From NCBI GenBank assembly GCA_002316675.1, contig DCDZ01000028.1:3002-67001 (forward strand): a DNA stretch of 64,000 bases. The letters are read 5' to 3'. The position numbers were made by a program, and so were the translations under genes. Numbering within the stretch: position 1 is the stretch's first letter; every line of letters begins with the position of its first letter. Shown one piece after another: positions 19,445-29,591 of this stretch. The notes under the pieces are model-generated. The model had not been told where the DNA came from. It worked only from the letters and a program-made list of their open reading frames with translations, and searched no databases. The stretch comes from Tyzzerella sp. UBA1042 (GTDB lineage: Bacteria; Bacillota; Clostridia; Lachnospirales; Anaerotignaceae).

Positions 19445-21160
19445 ATGAAATTCAAACGACTTGGAGATATGCTGACCTCTACGGGAATGATTACGGAGGA
19501 ACAGCTGAAAGTTGCATTAAATAAACAAAGGGATACGAAAAACCGCTTGGGGAAAGAGTTAATTGAAGAAGGCGTTATTTCTGAGGAGCAATTAATTCAT
19601 ACGCTAAAGCTTCAGCTTGGATTGGATTCCATTGATCTGTCCACGGTCAATATACCCAGTGCGCTTTCTGAAATCATTCCGAAAAAAATGGCCAATAATT
19701 ATGGCCTTGTACCTGTAAAGCAGGAGGGGGACTCTCTGTATGTGGCAATGAGCGACCCCTTGAACTTTGTTGCCCTGGAGGATGTAAAGGCAGTAAGCAA
19801 AAAGCGCATTATACCCTTAATTGCCACGGAGGAATCCATACAAAGAAATATTGGCTCCTTATATGGCAATGAGGGTGCCGCCAGAGCCATTGAAGAAATG
19901 AAGCGAGAGATGAATGATGCCCCTGCGGCCGTTATTTTTGGCGATTCGTTCCTTTCCAATAACATAGATAACGATGAACAGTCTGCCCCAACCATTCGTT
20001 TGGTGAACTCCTTAATTGAACGTGCGGTATCGGAGCGTGCCAGTGATATTCATATTGAGCCTGCGGAAAATGAGGTTCGTGTGAGAATGCGTATTGACGG
20101 CTTGCTTCGTCAGATTATGATTGTGCCGAAGGATTTACAGTCCTCGGTCATTTCCCGCCTTAAAATTATGGGCGGCATGGATATTACAGAACGCAGAATC
20201 CCCCAAGACGGACGCTCTAACGCTAAGGTGAAAAAAGCGGATATCGACTTGCGTATGTCGACCTTGCCCACCATTTACGGAGAAAAACTGGTAATCCGTC
20301 TTTTGGATAAAAACACACAGCTTTTGGATAAAGCGAAAATCGGCTTGACAGGGGAGGATTTGGAGAAATATATGCGGCTGATCAACCAAAAGGGCGGCGG
20401 CGTGGTTTTGATTGCCGGTCCCACAGGCTCCGGTAAATCCTCCACACTGTATACAATGATTCGTGAACTAAATACAGAGCAAAGCAATCTGATTACATTG
20501 GAAGATCCTGTGGAATATAATATTGCCGGCATCAATCAAGTGCAAATTAACGAAAAAACAGGAATGACCTTTAGCGGAGGCCTGCGGGCAATCCTAAGGC
20601 AGGATCCGGATATTATTGCGGTGGGCGAAATCCGTGACGGCGAAACGGCGGAAATTGCCATGCGTGCGGCAATTACGGGGCATTTGGTATTATCTACCAT
20701 CCATACCAATAGCTCCATAGCCACCTTGGACCGCCTTTTGGATATCGGTGTTGAGCCCTATCTTATTTCCAGTGCCCTCAATGGCGTTGTTTCCCAGCGT
20801 CTTGTGCGTAGAATCTGCCCCCATTGCCGTAAGGAATATGAGCCTACCCAAGAGGAGCTGGCCAGCATTGGCCTTTCCCATGAAAACCACGGTTTTTATC
20901 ATGGCGAGGGCTGTCCCATGTGCTTTGGTACGGGATATCGGGGGAGAGTGGCAGTTTTTGAAATTTTGGTTATGGATAGAAAAGTAAAGAATGCCATATC
21001 AAGCGGTGCAAAAAGAGAAGAATTGGCGGAAATTATACACAGCCATAAAGGCTTTGTTGCCCTAGCAGATAATTGTCGCAGGCTTGTTTTGGAAGGTGTA
21101 ACCACTGTTGAGGAGGCAAAAAGAATTACGAATTCAGAGGATTATGAATATGAAAGTTAA
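19445..21160 (+). CDS. pilB: type IV pilus assembly ATPase PilB (GspE family)
   Basis: N-terminal T2SSE_N-like repeat (ITEEQLKVAL...), Walker A GPTGSGKSST, Asp and His boxes, and a CPHC...CPMC tetracysteine motif. Confidence 0.92.
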   Translation: MKFKRLGDMLTSTGMITEEQLKVALNKQRDTKNRLGKELIEEGVISEEQLIHTLKLQLGLDSIDLSTVNIPSALSEIIPKKMANNYGLVPVKQEGDSLYVAMSDPLNFVALEDVKAVSKKRIIPLIATEESIQRNIGSLYGNEGAARAIEEMKREMNDAPAAVIFGDSFLSNNIDNDEQSAPTIRLVNSLIERAVSERASDIHIEPAENEVRVRMRIDGLLRQIMIVPKDLQSSVISRLKIMGGMDITERRIPQDGRSNAKVKKADIDLRMSTLPTIYGEKLVIRLLDKNTQLLDKAKIGLTGEDLEKYMRLINQKGGGVVLIAGPTGSGKSSTLYTMIRELNTEQSNLITLEDPVEYNIAGINQVQINEKTGMTFSGGLRAILRQDPDIIAVGEIRDGETAEIAMRAAITGHLVLSTIHTNSSIATLDRLLDIGVEPYLISSALNGVVSQRLVRRICPHCRKEYEPTQEELASIGLSHENHGFYHGEGCPMCFGTGYRGRVAVFEILVMDRKVKNAISSGAKREELAEIIHSHKGFVALADNCRRLVLEGVTTVEEAKRITNSEDYEYES

Positions 21161-22196
21161 TGAACTGATTGTATATGCAAATAATAAAAAGGCCTCGGAT
21201 ATTCACTTGATTTTCGGGCTGCCGCCCAAATGCCGTGTGGCAGGCCGCTTGGAATCTATGGCTGATTTTATTCTAAATGATGATGACTGTGACAATTACG
21301 CTATGGAATTAGCTAGATATAGATATGACGATTTTTTGGAAATCGGCGAAATGGACTTAGCAAGAACCATTGAAGGGGTGCGTGTGCGTATCAATTTATT
21401 CAGACAGCAGGATCATACCTCTGTAGTAATCCGCCTTTTGAATGATAAAATCCCCATGCTGGAAAGCTTGGGCTTGCCCGACGGCGTAGAAAGATTAACC
21501 GAGTTAAAAAGAGGCATTGTAATTGTAACAGGGCAGACGGGTTCGGGTAAATCCACCACCCTTGCCTCCCTCATTGACCGCATCAATCACACAAGGGATT
21601 GTCATGTCATTACCCTGGAAGACCCCATAGAATATATCTATGAGCCGGATTTATCTATTTTTAACCAAAGGGAAATCGGGCGGGATACAAAATCCTATGA
21701 ATCCGGGCTTCGTTCTGTTTTGAGAGAAGACCCCGATGTTATCCTAATCGGGGAAATGCGGGATACCATTACCATGGAAACTGCCCTAAAGGCGGCGGAA
21801 ACAGGGCATCTTGTGCTGACTACATTGCATACCGGCTCTGCCTCGGAGGTGGTGGATCGAATTGTGGATTCCTTCCCCGAAGCAAGGCAGCAGCAAATAC
21901 GTTTACAGCTGTCTCTGACGTTAATGGCGGTTTTGGCACAACAGCTTTTGCCGAAAAAAGACGGAACAGGGCGCATTGCCGCCTGCGAATTTATGCCCAT
22001 CAATGCCGCCATCAGAAATCTGATTCGTGAGGGGAAATCCCCCCAGATTGATAACGTGATTTCTACCTCGGCGGAGAAAGGCGCCGTTACCATGGATAAT
22101 GCAATCATTAAGCTGTACCGGGATAAAAAAATCTCTAGCAGAACGGCGTTGTTTGCGGCAAAAAACTTAGAGTTTGTGAAACGAAACATCACTTAA
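21144..22196 (+). CDS. pilT: type IV pilus retraction ATPase PilT
   Basis: ASDIHL, Walker A GQTGSGKSTT, IGEMRD, and GHLVLTTLHT. It is short and lacks the GspE N-domain. The start overlaps the pilB end. Confidence 0.9.
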   Translation: MNMKVNELIVYANNKKASDIHLIFGLPPKCRVAGRLESMADFILNDDDCDNYAMELARYRYDDFLEIGEMDLARTIEGVRVRINLFRQQDHTSVVIRLLNDKIPMLESLGLPDGVERLTELKRGIVIVTGQTGSGKSTTLASLIDRINHTRDCHVITLEDPIEYIYEPDLSIFNQREIGRDTKSYESGLRSVLREDPDVILIGEMRDTITMETALKAAETGHLVLTTLHTGSASEVVDRIVDSFPEARQQQIRLQLSLTLMAVLAQQLLPKKDGTGRIAACEFMPINAAIRNLIREGKSPQIDNVISTSAEKGAVTMDNAIIKLYRDKKISSRTALFAAKNLEFVKRNIT

Positions 22197-22230
22197 ACGG
22201 CCTTTGCCGTAAAGGAAAGGGGAGATATCC

Positions 22231-23427
22231 TTGCTTACCTATAAATATAAGGCGGTTTCAAAAAAAGGCGCAGAAATTGAAGGTTATATAGAGGCTTTTA
22301 ATGAGTATGAGGCAATCAATAAAATTAAAGAAAGCTGTGATATTGTAACAAGCATTTCCGAGGTTCGTATGGGGAAGGGCATTGAGGTTACAGGTAAAAT
22401 CAATGAAAAAGCTCTGGCCATTCTTTGCTCTCAGCTCTCCATCATTGTGGGGGCGGGGCTTCCGGTGCTTCGTGCCGTGGAAATGATTGCCGCCCAAACG
22501 GAGAATAAAAAATTGAAAACAATCATGGAGGGTGTCTCCAAGGATGTGGCATCGGGGGGAAGCCTTGCTAAAAGCTTTGAGACAAAAGGCCCGGGCTTGC
22601 CCATCACCTTTGTGGAAACCATTCGCTCCGGCGAGGAATCGGGTACTTTGGAGCATTCCTTCAACCGCTTGCATGATTATTATGATAAAACGGCAAAAAT
22701 GAAGGGTAAAGTAAAAAATGCTATGGTTTATCCCACCTTTACCATGATTGTCGCCATTGCAGTTATTGTCATTATCATGGTGAAGGCGGTGCCTGTTTTT
22801 ACCAGCAGCTTTGGAGAGATGGGGGTAGAGCTTCCCCTCCCCACAAGAATGCTGATTGGTATATCCAATTTCTTTGTGGAATATTGGCTTGCCTTGGTGG
22901 CGGTAATCGCCTTTGCCCTTGTGATATATAAGCTGTATGAGAAGCGAAAGGAAAACCGCTTGAAGCTAGAGCGCTTGAAGCTTCGCATCCCTTTGTTTGG
23001 AAAGCTTGCAGCCCTCAAGCAGGCCTCCCAATTTGCGGCAACCATGTCTACCCTTTTGGGAGCGGGCTTGCCTGTGGTAGAGGCAGTTTCTATCACGGGA
23101 AAGGTCATTGATAACGAATATATCGGCAATCAAGTGCTGGAAACGGTGTCTATGCTGGAGGAAGGCAAACGCCTTGGCGATAGCTTACATACCCGAACGG
23201 AGCTGCCCCAGCTGTTGGTGGAAATGACGGCGGTGGGGGAGGAAACTGGTTCCCTTGAGACAACCTTGGATACCATTGGGGACTTTTACGACAATGAAAT
23301 TGATACAGCCACCTCAAGGATGGTAACCCTTCTGGAGCCTATCATCATTTGTGTGCTGGCGGTCATCGTTTTGTTTATCCTCATTTCCGTTTATGCCCCT
23401 ATGTTCTCTCTCTATGGAGGGATATAA
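22231..23427 (+). CDS. pilC: type IV pilus platform protein PilC (GspF family)
   Basis: Two GspF-like repeats (GLPVLRAVEM... / GLPVVEAVSI...) and three TM segments. TTG start. Confidence 0.9.
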   Translation: MLTYKYKAVSKKGAEIEGYIEAFNEYEAINKIKESCDIVTSISEVRMGKGIEVTGKINEKALAILCSQLSIIVGAGLPVLRAVEMIAAQTENKKLKTIMEGVSKDVASGGSLAKSFETKGPGLPITFVETIRSGEESGTLEHSFNRLHDYYDKTAKMKGKVKNAMVYPTFTMIVAIAVIVIIMVKAVPVFTSSFGEMGVELPLPTRMLIGISNFFVEYWLALVAVIAFALVIYKLYEKRKENRLKLERLKLRIPLFGKLAALKQASQFAATMSTLLGAGLPVVEAVSITGKVIDNEYIGNQVLETVSMLEEGKRLGDSLHTRTELPQLLVEMTAVGEETGSLETTLDTIGDFYDNEIDTATSRMVTLLEPIIICVLAVIVLFILISVYAPMFSLYGGI

Positions 23428-23601
23428 GGCTTTCCTAAACTTACCAGTGCAAACCGGCATCCTTTGCATTGCCAAAAGTAGGCACTGCACGTAAACTATA
23501 AAAGCACCATTGCCCTCTAAGGGGTATTAAGTTGGTATTTTTTGTGAGAACCCGCTCACAAATGATATATTTAATGTTGATGAATTAAGGAGGTACATAA
23601 T

Positions 23602-23997
23602 ATGAAGAGTATGTTGAAAAGAAAAAATAAAAAAGGCTTTACGCTGATGGAGATGCTGATTGTTGTGGGTATTATTGCGATTTTGGTAGCAATTGCCATC
23701 CCGACGTTCGGCGGCGCACAGAAGAAGGCAAAATATGCTGCAGACATAGCGAATGTTAGGGCATGGTATGCGGAACAGCTGGTGAATGATATGACAGAGG
23801 GAGATGGCTTCACTGAAAAATCATTTTCGGAAGAGAATTCAGATACTGATGAACTCAAGCTCCAGATGAAGGGTGCTACTGCAGAGGCAACTGGCACGAC
23901 TGCTGAAACATTCAAGGTGGTTTATGATCCAAATGGCGACGGAACAGAGGATGAGGGAGACTTCCCATCGGTTACATTCCCTTCGGATGCTGACTAA
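23602..23997 (+). CDS. pilA: major type IV pilin
   Basis: MKSMLKRKNKKG|FTLMEMLIVVGIIAILVAIAIPTF has the canonical motif. The protein is small (131 aa), has a strong AAGGAGG RBS, and is followed by a strong terminator. Confidence 0.9.
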   Translation: MKSMLKRKNKKGFTLMEMLIVVGIIAILVAIAIPTFGGAQKKAKYAADIANVRAWYAEQLVNDMTEGDGFTEKSFSEENSDTDELKLQMKGATAEATGTTAETFKVVYDPNGDGTEDEGDFPSVTFPSDAD

Positions 23998-24080
23998 TGA
24001 TCTGATTAAAGCAGAAAAGCAGCCTATTTGCATCTAAAGGCAGCGGGTGATTTTACCCTCTAACCCCAATCCGATTACCA

Positions 24081-24120
24081 CGATAGAACTGGGGCGGGTT
24101 GCAGTTCTATCGTCGTTTTT
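24081..24120 (+). terminator. rho-independent terminator after pilA
   Basis: cgatagaactg (24081-24091) pairs perfectly with cagttctatcg (24102-24112), followed by tcgttttt. Confidence 0.6.
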
Positions 24121-24141
24121 GGTTGAAGGAGAGAAGCGATT

Positions 24142-24951
24142 ATGCTTTTGTTTGAACAATTCAATTTTATTTATGTATACATATTCGTCCTAGCCTTTAT
24201 GATTGGGGCAGTTATGGGCAGTTTCATCAACTGCGTGGCGTGGCGCATATCCCATGGGGAGGATTTCATCCATGGCAGAAGTCATTGCACCACTTGCGGA
24301 CACACCCTCACACCCTTGGAACTGATGCCTATTGTATCTTTTCTGATACAGAAGGGGCGAAGCCGTTGTTGTAATGAAAAAATTTCTTTGCGCTATCCTG
24401 CTACGGAGCTTTTGACGGCTCTGGTGTTTGTGGCTTTGGTTTTTAAATTTGGCTTCAGCTTAGACACCCTGCAATTTATGGTGTTATCCCTGCTTTTGCT
24501 GGCGGTTTCCTTGGTGGATTTGGAAACAGGGCTGATTCCCGATGGTTTTATTTTAGCTGGAATTCTAAATTTTGTTTTGTTTACTATCCTAAAGGGTGGT
24601 ATGATTTTTACAGGGCTTCTGCACGGTGCCCTTGGCGGTTTCTCCATCTCCGTACCCATTTTACTCCTTTCCCTTTTGATGGATAAGGTGTTGCAAAAAG
24701 AGAGCATGGGCGGCGGAGACATTAAGCTGTATTTTATGACAGGGCTTTATTTCAGTATCAAGGCCAATGTTTTGTTGGTTTTGCTGTCTTGTGTTTTTGG
24801 GATTGCCTTTACCCTTATTTTTCAAAGCATTCGGGTGGGGGAGAAGGAAAATCCACTGGCGTTTCCCTTTGGGCCGTCCATCGCCATGGCGGCAATGGTT
24901 TCTGTGTTTTTGGCAGAGCCGATTTTGCAATTTTATATGAGTTTATTTTAA
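24142..24951 (+). CDS. pilD: prepilin peptidase (A24 family) PilD
   Basis: Polytopic membrane protein with CxxC...CxxC near the N-terminus and a GGGDIKL active-site motif. Confidence 0.9.
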   Translation: MLLFEQFNFIYVYIFVLAFMIGAVMGSFINCVAWRISHGEDFIHGRSHCTTCGHTLTPLELMPIVSFLIQKGRSRCCNEKISLRYPATELLTALVFVALVFKFGFSLDTLQFMVLSLLLLAVSLVDLETGLIPDGFILAGILNFVLFTILKGGMIFTGLLHGALGGFSISVPILLLSLLMDKVLQKESMGGGDIKLYFMTGLYFSIKANVLLVLLSCVFGIAFTLIFQSIRVGEKENPLAFPFGPSIAMAAMVSVFLAEPILQFYMSLF

Positions 24952-25066
24952 ATACATCAATTTGAAAATGACCGGTCTGTTGGCCGGATGAGTATAAAGT
25001 ATCTTTTGAAAGGGTACATAATTTTGAAGAAATGACTTAGAGAGCTGGATATAAGGGAGGTTTCAT

Positions 25067-26062
25067 ATGTCCAAGGGATATACGGCAATACAAATTGGGG
25101 AGAGTACCATTAAGATGGTTCAAGTTAGTGATGGCAAGGCAGTAAAAACTGTTCTGGAAGCTACCCCGGACAATTTGGTGCGGGACGGGCATATCTTGTC
25201 CTTTGAAGCACTGGCGGAAATTTTGAAAAGCATGGCAAGGGATAATCAAATGCGAAACCGCAATGCGGTGGTGGTTTTGCCCTTGGAAAATTGTTATTTG
25301 CGGCGCACCAGTATGCCCTATATGACGGTAGACCAATTAAAATTGAACCTGCCCTATGAATTCAGAGATTATATTCATGCCGACCGCGAGGATTATTTTT
25401 ATGACTATGCCGTTGTAGGGCAGGAAACCGACGAAGCGGGTGAAATGAAATCACTGGATTTGCTCATTGCGGCGGTAAAAAATGAATTGATCGAAAAATA
25501 TATGAAGATTTTGACCTTTGCCGGCTTTAAGCTGAAAATCGCATTGCCCGATGCCTGTGCCTTTCGCAATATCATCCGGCAGTATGAGGAAAATAATGAA
25601 GAACACCCGGCGGCGTATTGCATTGTAGACTTGGGACATTCCTCCATTCGGGTACATTTATATAACGGGAGCGTTTACGAAACCACCAGAGTCATTGAAT
25701 ATGGCGGCGTCACCCTAGATTCTCTGATTGCAGAGGAGATGGATGTGGATGTACATATTGCTTCTTCCTATAAAGTGAAAAACTATAATCAGGTGCAGGA
25801 ATTAGAGGCCTGCAAAGAAATTTATGATAAAATGATTGTGGAGCTTTTCCGCTCCATCAATTTTTACAATTATAATAACCCCGACAGCGAATTGAAGGAT
25901 ATTTATTTTTGTGGCGGCTTGGCAAAGATCACACCCTTTATGGATATGGTGCGTTCCGCCTTGGAGGTGCGATGCCATACCATTGGCGAACTGATGGAGG
26001 AAGCAGAACAGGATGATACTTTGGAGTTGATTTGTGCCGCAATTGGCGCAACGCTGCAGTAG
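25067..26062 (+). CDS. pilM: type IV pilus assembly protein PilM (actin-like ATPase fold)
   Basis: 331 aa. Position and size match PilM, and it has IVDLGHSSIRV and FCGGLAKI motifs typical of the FtsA/PilM fold. Confidence 0.8.
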   Translation: MSKGYTAIQIGESTIKMVQVSDGKAVKTVLEATPDNLVRDGHILSFEALAEILKSMARDNQMRNRNAVVVLPLENCYLRRTSMPYMTVDQLKLNLPYEFRDYIHADREDYFYDYAVVGQETDEAGEMKSLDLLIAAVKNELIEKYMKILTFAGFKLKIALPDACAFRNIIRQYEENNEEHPAAYCIVDLGHSSIRVHLYNGSVYETTRVIEYGGVTLDSLIAEEMDVDVHIASSYKVKNYNQVQELEACKEIYDKMIVELFRSINFYNYNNPDSELKDIYFCGGLAKITPFMDMVRSALEVRCHTIGELMEEAEQDDTLELICAAIGATLQ

Positions 26063-26065
26063 GGG

Positions 26066-26677
26066 GTGAGAGCTTTGCAGTTAAATAAAAAAATTGGTGT
26101 GAGATATCCCACAAAAACGAATATGAACCTTGCCGTGCGGGAGACAAAGGGTGTTGATAGAAGGTCGGTGCTTCCGATCGGCATTTTTCTGGCAATCGCA
26201 GTGCTGGCTTTTGCAAAATTGGCTGTTTTTGATTTGTTCCATGCCGTGGATTTGGCGGAGGAAAACGTGCGTCTGACCCAGCAGCAGCTTGACCAAATGA
26301 AAGAGGCAAACTCCATTTATGATGAAGTTTTGAAGGAATATAACGAAAGTGTTTCTTTGAGTATTTCTTCACCGGTGATTGCAACGCTTTCCGAAAGGCT
26401 TGAAATTGTGAATCAGTATTTGATTTCCAATGCCAAGGTGGAATCCTTTAATGTTTTGGATGATGTGATTACGGCGCAAATTTCCGGCGTTACCTTAAAT
26501 CAAGTTTCCGGCATTTATACAGCCTTGATGGCCAATGAATTTGTTTCCAATGTACAGTTTTATACGGCAAGTACGGAGAATGAAACCGGCTCTCTGACAA
26601 CTGCAACAATGACCATTATCCTTACGGCCAATGAAGCTGTAGCCGAGGAACAGGCGGAAGGAGGCGAGGCACAATGA
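26066..26677 (+). CDS. PilN-like bitopic pilus alignment protein
   Basis: Short cytoplasmic N-terminus, one TM segment ([21 protein letters not shown]), then a coiled coil. It lies immediately after pilM. Assigned by architecture and position only. Confidence 0.55.
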   Translation: MRALQLNKKIGVRYPTKTNMNLAVRETKGVDRRSVLPIGIFLAIAVLAFAKLAVFDLFHAVDLAEENVRLTQQQLDQMKEANSIYDEVLKEYNESVSLSISSPVIATLSERLEIVNQYLISNAKVESFNVLDDVITAQISGVTLNQVSGIYTALMANEFVSNVQFYTASTENETGSLTTATMTIILTANEAVAEEQAEGGEAQ

Positions 26678-27231
26678 TCTCCAAGTCTTTTACAAAACGG
26701 GAAAAGGTTTTGCTTGTCATTTTAATTGTTATTTTGCTTTCTGCGGTGTATTATTTTGCCGTGGCACGCCCTTCCATGAACCGTATTTCCGTAGCAGGCG
26801 ACCAAACAATGGCATTGCAGGATGAAATTACACTGGAAATGGCAAAGCTTACGAAAATAAAAGAGATGCAGGCAAAAATTGAAGAGGCAGCCTTAACGGA
26901 GCGCTTTAAAACCAGTATTCCCGATTACGATAATTTGGAAAATGTGATGAAGCAGTTGGATACAGTTTTAAGCAGCTCCACAGACTATAAGCTTTCGTTT
27001 TCACCAACCACGGAGGAAAGCGGCTTGCTTTATCGGCCCATTGATGTGGAGTTTGACTGTGCAAATTATGGGACTGCCCGAAGCATTATAGATAAAATTT
27101 ATGCCAGTCCGTTTAAAAGCATGATTGATACCCTCAGTGTGGATAATACGGAATATAAGGAAACGGATATTACCACTTCTCCCGTAAAGGTTACCATGAC
27201 GGTAATTTTTATCGAAAAGAAGACAAGCTAG
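26674..27231 (+). CDS. PilO-like bitopic pilus alignment protein
   Basis: One TM segment ([19 protein letters not shown]) plus a coiled coil. The start overlaps the previous stop. Assigned by architecture and position only. Confidence 0.5.
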   Translation: MISKSFTKREKVLLVILIVILLSAVYYFAVARPSMNRISVAGDQTMALQDEITLEMAKLTKIKEMQAKIEEAALTERFKTSIPDYDNLENVMKQLDTVLSSSTDYKLSFSPTTEESGLLYRPIDVEFDCANYGTARSIIDKIYASPFKSMIDTLSVDNTEYKETDITTSPVKVTMTVIFIEKKTS

Positions 27232-27268
27232 GTTGATAAATACTATAAAAGAGATGTTTTGTATTTTC

Positions 27269-27294
27269 GCAGGCGAGATTCGCCTGCTTTTTTT
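27269..27294 (+). terminator. rho-independent terminator ending the pilus operon
   Basis: gcaggcga-gat-tcgcctgc is a perfect 8-bp stem followed by a T7 run. Confidence 0.6.
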
Positions 27295-27456
27295 ATACGC
27301 ATTTGAACAGAACTGACGGTATTGCAGTGTCTGAAATAGGCATGAGAAGGGTGAAACCCCTTTCAATACACAGTTTTTAAGGAGTATTAGGTTGCCGTAA
27401 GGGAAGGTTTTGAAAAAAAAGAAAGAATTCTGCAAAATTTTCATTTAGACAGCATA

Positions 27457-27487
27457 TTGACATTCCAGTGATTGTATGGGCTATAAC
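27457..27487 (+). promoter_or_regulatory. candidate promoter with 19-nt spacer upstream of the acyl-CoA dehydrogenase operon
   Basis: TTGACA (27457-27462), a 19-nt spacer, then TATAAC (27482-27487). It shares ATTGACATTCC...GCTATAA with the promoter at 35315-35345. Confidence 0.45.
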
Positions 27488-27596
27488 TAAGATATGCCTA
27501 ATTAAAACCTTCTTGAGGTGACCTTTTGGTGAAAAGGCATATACGCCTAATAAAGCACAATGTAAGTGTTGCTATTTTAAATTTAAGGGAGAGAGG

Positions 27597-28751
27597 ATGA
27601 AAAGAATGGATTTTTCATTAACGAGAGAACAAGAAATGTTAAAAAAACTTGCTCGCCAATTCGCCGAAGCAGAATTGGAGCCCGTTGCAGAAGAAGTTGA
27701 TCGAGAGCATATTTTCCCGGCTGAAAACTTTAAAAAGATGGCAGCCATTGGTTTGACAGGAATCGGCGTTCCCAAAGAGTATGGCGGTTCCTGCGGAGGT
27801 ACATTGGAAAAAGTCATTGCAGTTTCCGAATTTGCGAAAAAATGTATGGCCTCCGCATCTATTTTATCAATTCATTTGATTGCTCCCCAAGCAATCTACA
27901 AATATGGCACCAGAGAGCAAAAGGAAAAATATCTTCCTCGTTTGACCAAAGGCGGAGAATTGGGTGCCTTTGCTTTAACGGAACCCAATGCAGGTTCTGA
28001 TGCTGCCGGCGTGAAAACAACAGCCATTTTTGATCCAAATACCAATGAATATGTTTTAAACGGAACAAAATGCTTTATTTCCGGCGGAAGCAGAGCAGGT
28101 GTTTTGGTCGTTTTTGTGTTGACTGCGCCGAAAAAAGGCTTGAAAGGAATGTCTGCGTTAATTGTGGAAAAAGGAACCCCCGGTTTCACCATTGGTAAAA
28201 TTGAATCCAAAATGGGTATTGCCGGTTCGGAAACAGCGGAGCTTATTTTTGAGGACTGTCGTGTTCCTGCGGAGAACCTTTTGGGAAAGGAAGGCAAAGG
28301 CTTTAAAATTGCTATGGAAGCCTTGGACGGTGCCAGAATCGGCGTAGGTGCACAGTCAATCGGCATTGCGGAAGGCGCCATTGATTTATCTGTAAAATAT
28401 GTTTACGAACGGATTCAATTTGGTAAGCCCATTGCGAATTTACAGGGCATTCAATGGTATATTGCAGATATGGCAACAAAGACCGCAGCAGCAAGGGCGC
28501 TGGTAGAATATGCGGCTTATCTTGAGGATGCAGGCAAGCCTTTTACAATGGAATCCGCCATGTGTAAGCTGAATGCATCAGAAAATGCACGCTTCGTTAC
28601 CAACTTGGCATTACAAATTCATGGCGGCTATGGATATATGAAGGATTATCCTTTGGAGCGGATGTATCGTGATGCAAAGATTACGGAGATTTATGAAGGA
28701 ACCTCGGAAATACATAAGGTTGTAATTGCCAGAGAGGTAATGAAAAGATAA
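27597..28751 (+). CDS. acyl-CoA dehydrogenase (butyryl/propionyl-CoA dehydrogenase type)
   Basis: 384 aa with FALTEPNAGSD, a GFKIAM..LDGARIG layout and a YEGTSEI C-terminal motif. EtfB and EtfA follow directly. Confidence 0.9.
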   Translation: MKRMDFSLTREQEMLKKLARQFAEAELEPVAEEVDREHIFPAENFKKMAAIGLTGIGVPKEYGGSCGGTLEKVIAVSEFAKKCMASASILSIHLIAPQAIYKYGTREQKEKYLPRLTKGGELGAFALTEPNAGSDAAGVKTTAIFDPNTNEYVLNGTKCFISGGSRAGVLVVFVLTAPKKGLKGMSALIVEKGTPGFTIGKIESKMGIAGSETAELIFEDCRVPAENLLGKEGKGFKIAMEALDGARIGVGAQSIGIAEGAIDLSVKYVYERIQFGKPIANLQGIQWYIADMATKTAAARALVEYAAYLEDAGKPFTMESAMCKLNASENARFVTNLALQIHGGYGYMKDYPLERMYRDAKITEIYEGTSEIHKVVIAREVMKR

Positions 28752-28766
28752 GAAGGAGTGTATAGG

Positions 28767-29570
28767 ATGAGAATTTATGTTTGTGTAAAACAGGTTCCGG
28801 ACACATCCGGAAAGGTTGCCGTAAACCCCGATGGAACATTAAACCGTGCCTCCATGACAGCAATCATCAATCCGGATGATATGAGTGCCATTGAGCAGGC
28901 CTTAAAATTAAAGGATGAAACGGGATGTCAAGTGACTGCTGTTACCATGGGGCCGCCTCCTGCGGAAGGAATGCTGCGAGAAATGATTGCTATGGGTGCT
29001 GATGACGGGGTTTTAATTTCCGCCAGAGAATTTGGCGGTTCCGATACTTTCGCAACATCTCAGATCATTGCAGCGGCTCTTTGCAAATTAGGACTTGGCA
29101 AGGAAGATATGATTTTCTGCGGCAGACAGGCTATTGATGGCGACACGGCACAGGTTGGCCCACAGATTGCTGAGAAATTAGATATTCCTCAGGTGACTTA
29201 TGCCTCGGCCATTAAAAAAAGCGGAAACAGCATTTTGGTGAAACGGATGCTGGAGGACGGATACATGATGATCGAGGTGAATACACCTTGCTTAATTACC
29301 TGTATTAAAGATAAAACGGTGACACCGCGCTATATGACATTGAATGGAATTATGGAATGCTATAGCAAGCCCCTTGCGGTTTTGGATTTTGAGGCCCTTA
29401 AGGATGAACCGCTGATTGAGCTGGATACCATTGGTCTGAAAGGATCCCCTACAAATATTTTCAAGTCCTTCACCCCGCCGCAAAAGGGTGTGGGCGTTAT
29501 GCTGCAGGGCACAGACAAAGAAAAAGTTGATGATTTGGTGGACAGATTGATGAAGAAGTATGTCATTTAA
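28767..29570 (+). CDS. etfB: electron transfer flavoprotein beta subunit
   Basis: MRIYVCVKQVPDTSGKVAV is the typical EtfB N-terminus. CGRQAIDGDTAQVGPQIAEKLDIPQVTY is also present. Confidence 0.9.
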   Translation: MRIYVCVKQVPDTSGKVAVNPDGTLNRASMTAIINPDDMSAIEQALKLKDETGCQVTAVTMGPPPAEGMLREMIAMGADDGVLISAREFGGSDTFATSQIIAAALCKLGLGKEDMIFCGRQAIDGDTAQVGPQIAEKLDIPQVTYASAIKKSGNSILVKRMLEDGYMMIEVNTPCLITCIKDKTVTPRYMTLNGIMECYSKPLAVLDFEALKDEPLIELDTIGLKGSPTNIFKSFTPPQKGVGVMLQGTDKEKVDDLVDRLMKKYVI

Positions 29571-29591
29571 CCGAAGGGAGATGGGCGAAGT

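Noticed and set aside
13343-27231. Interpreting the pilin cluster as a ComG-type competence pseudopilus or a type II secretion system.
   Set aside because: A PilT retraction ATPase, PilM/N/O-like genes and a highly expressed-looking major pilin with its own terminator are present. No comEA/comEC-like or secretin genes are in the locus.
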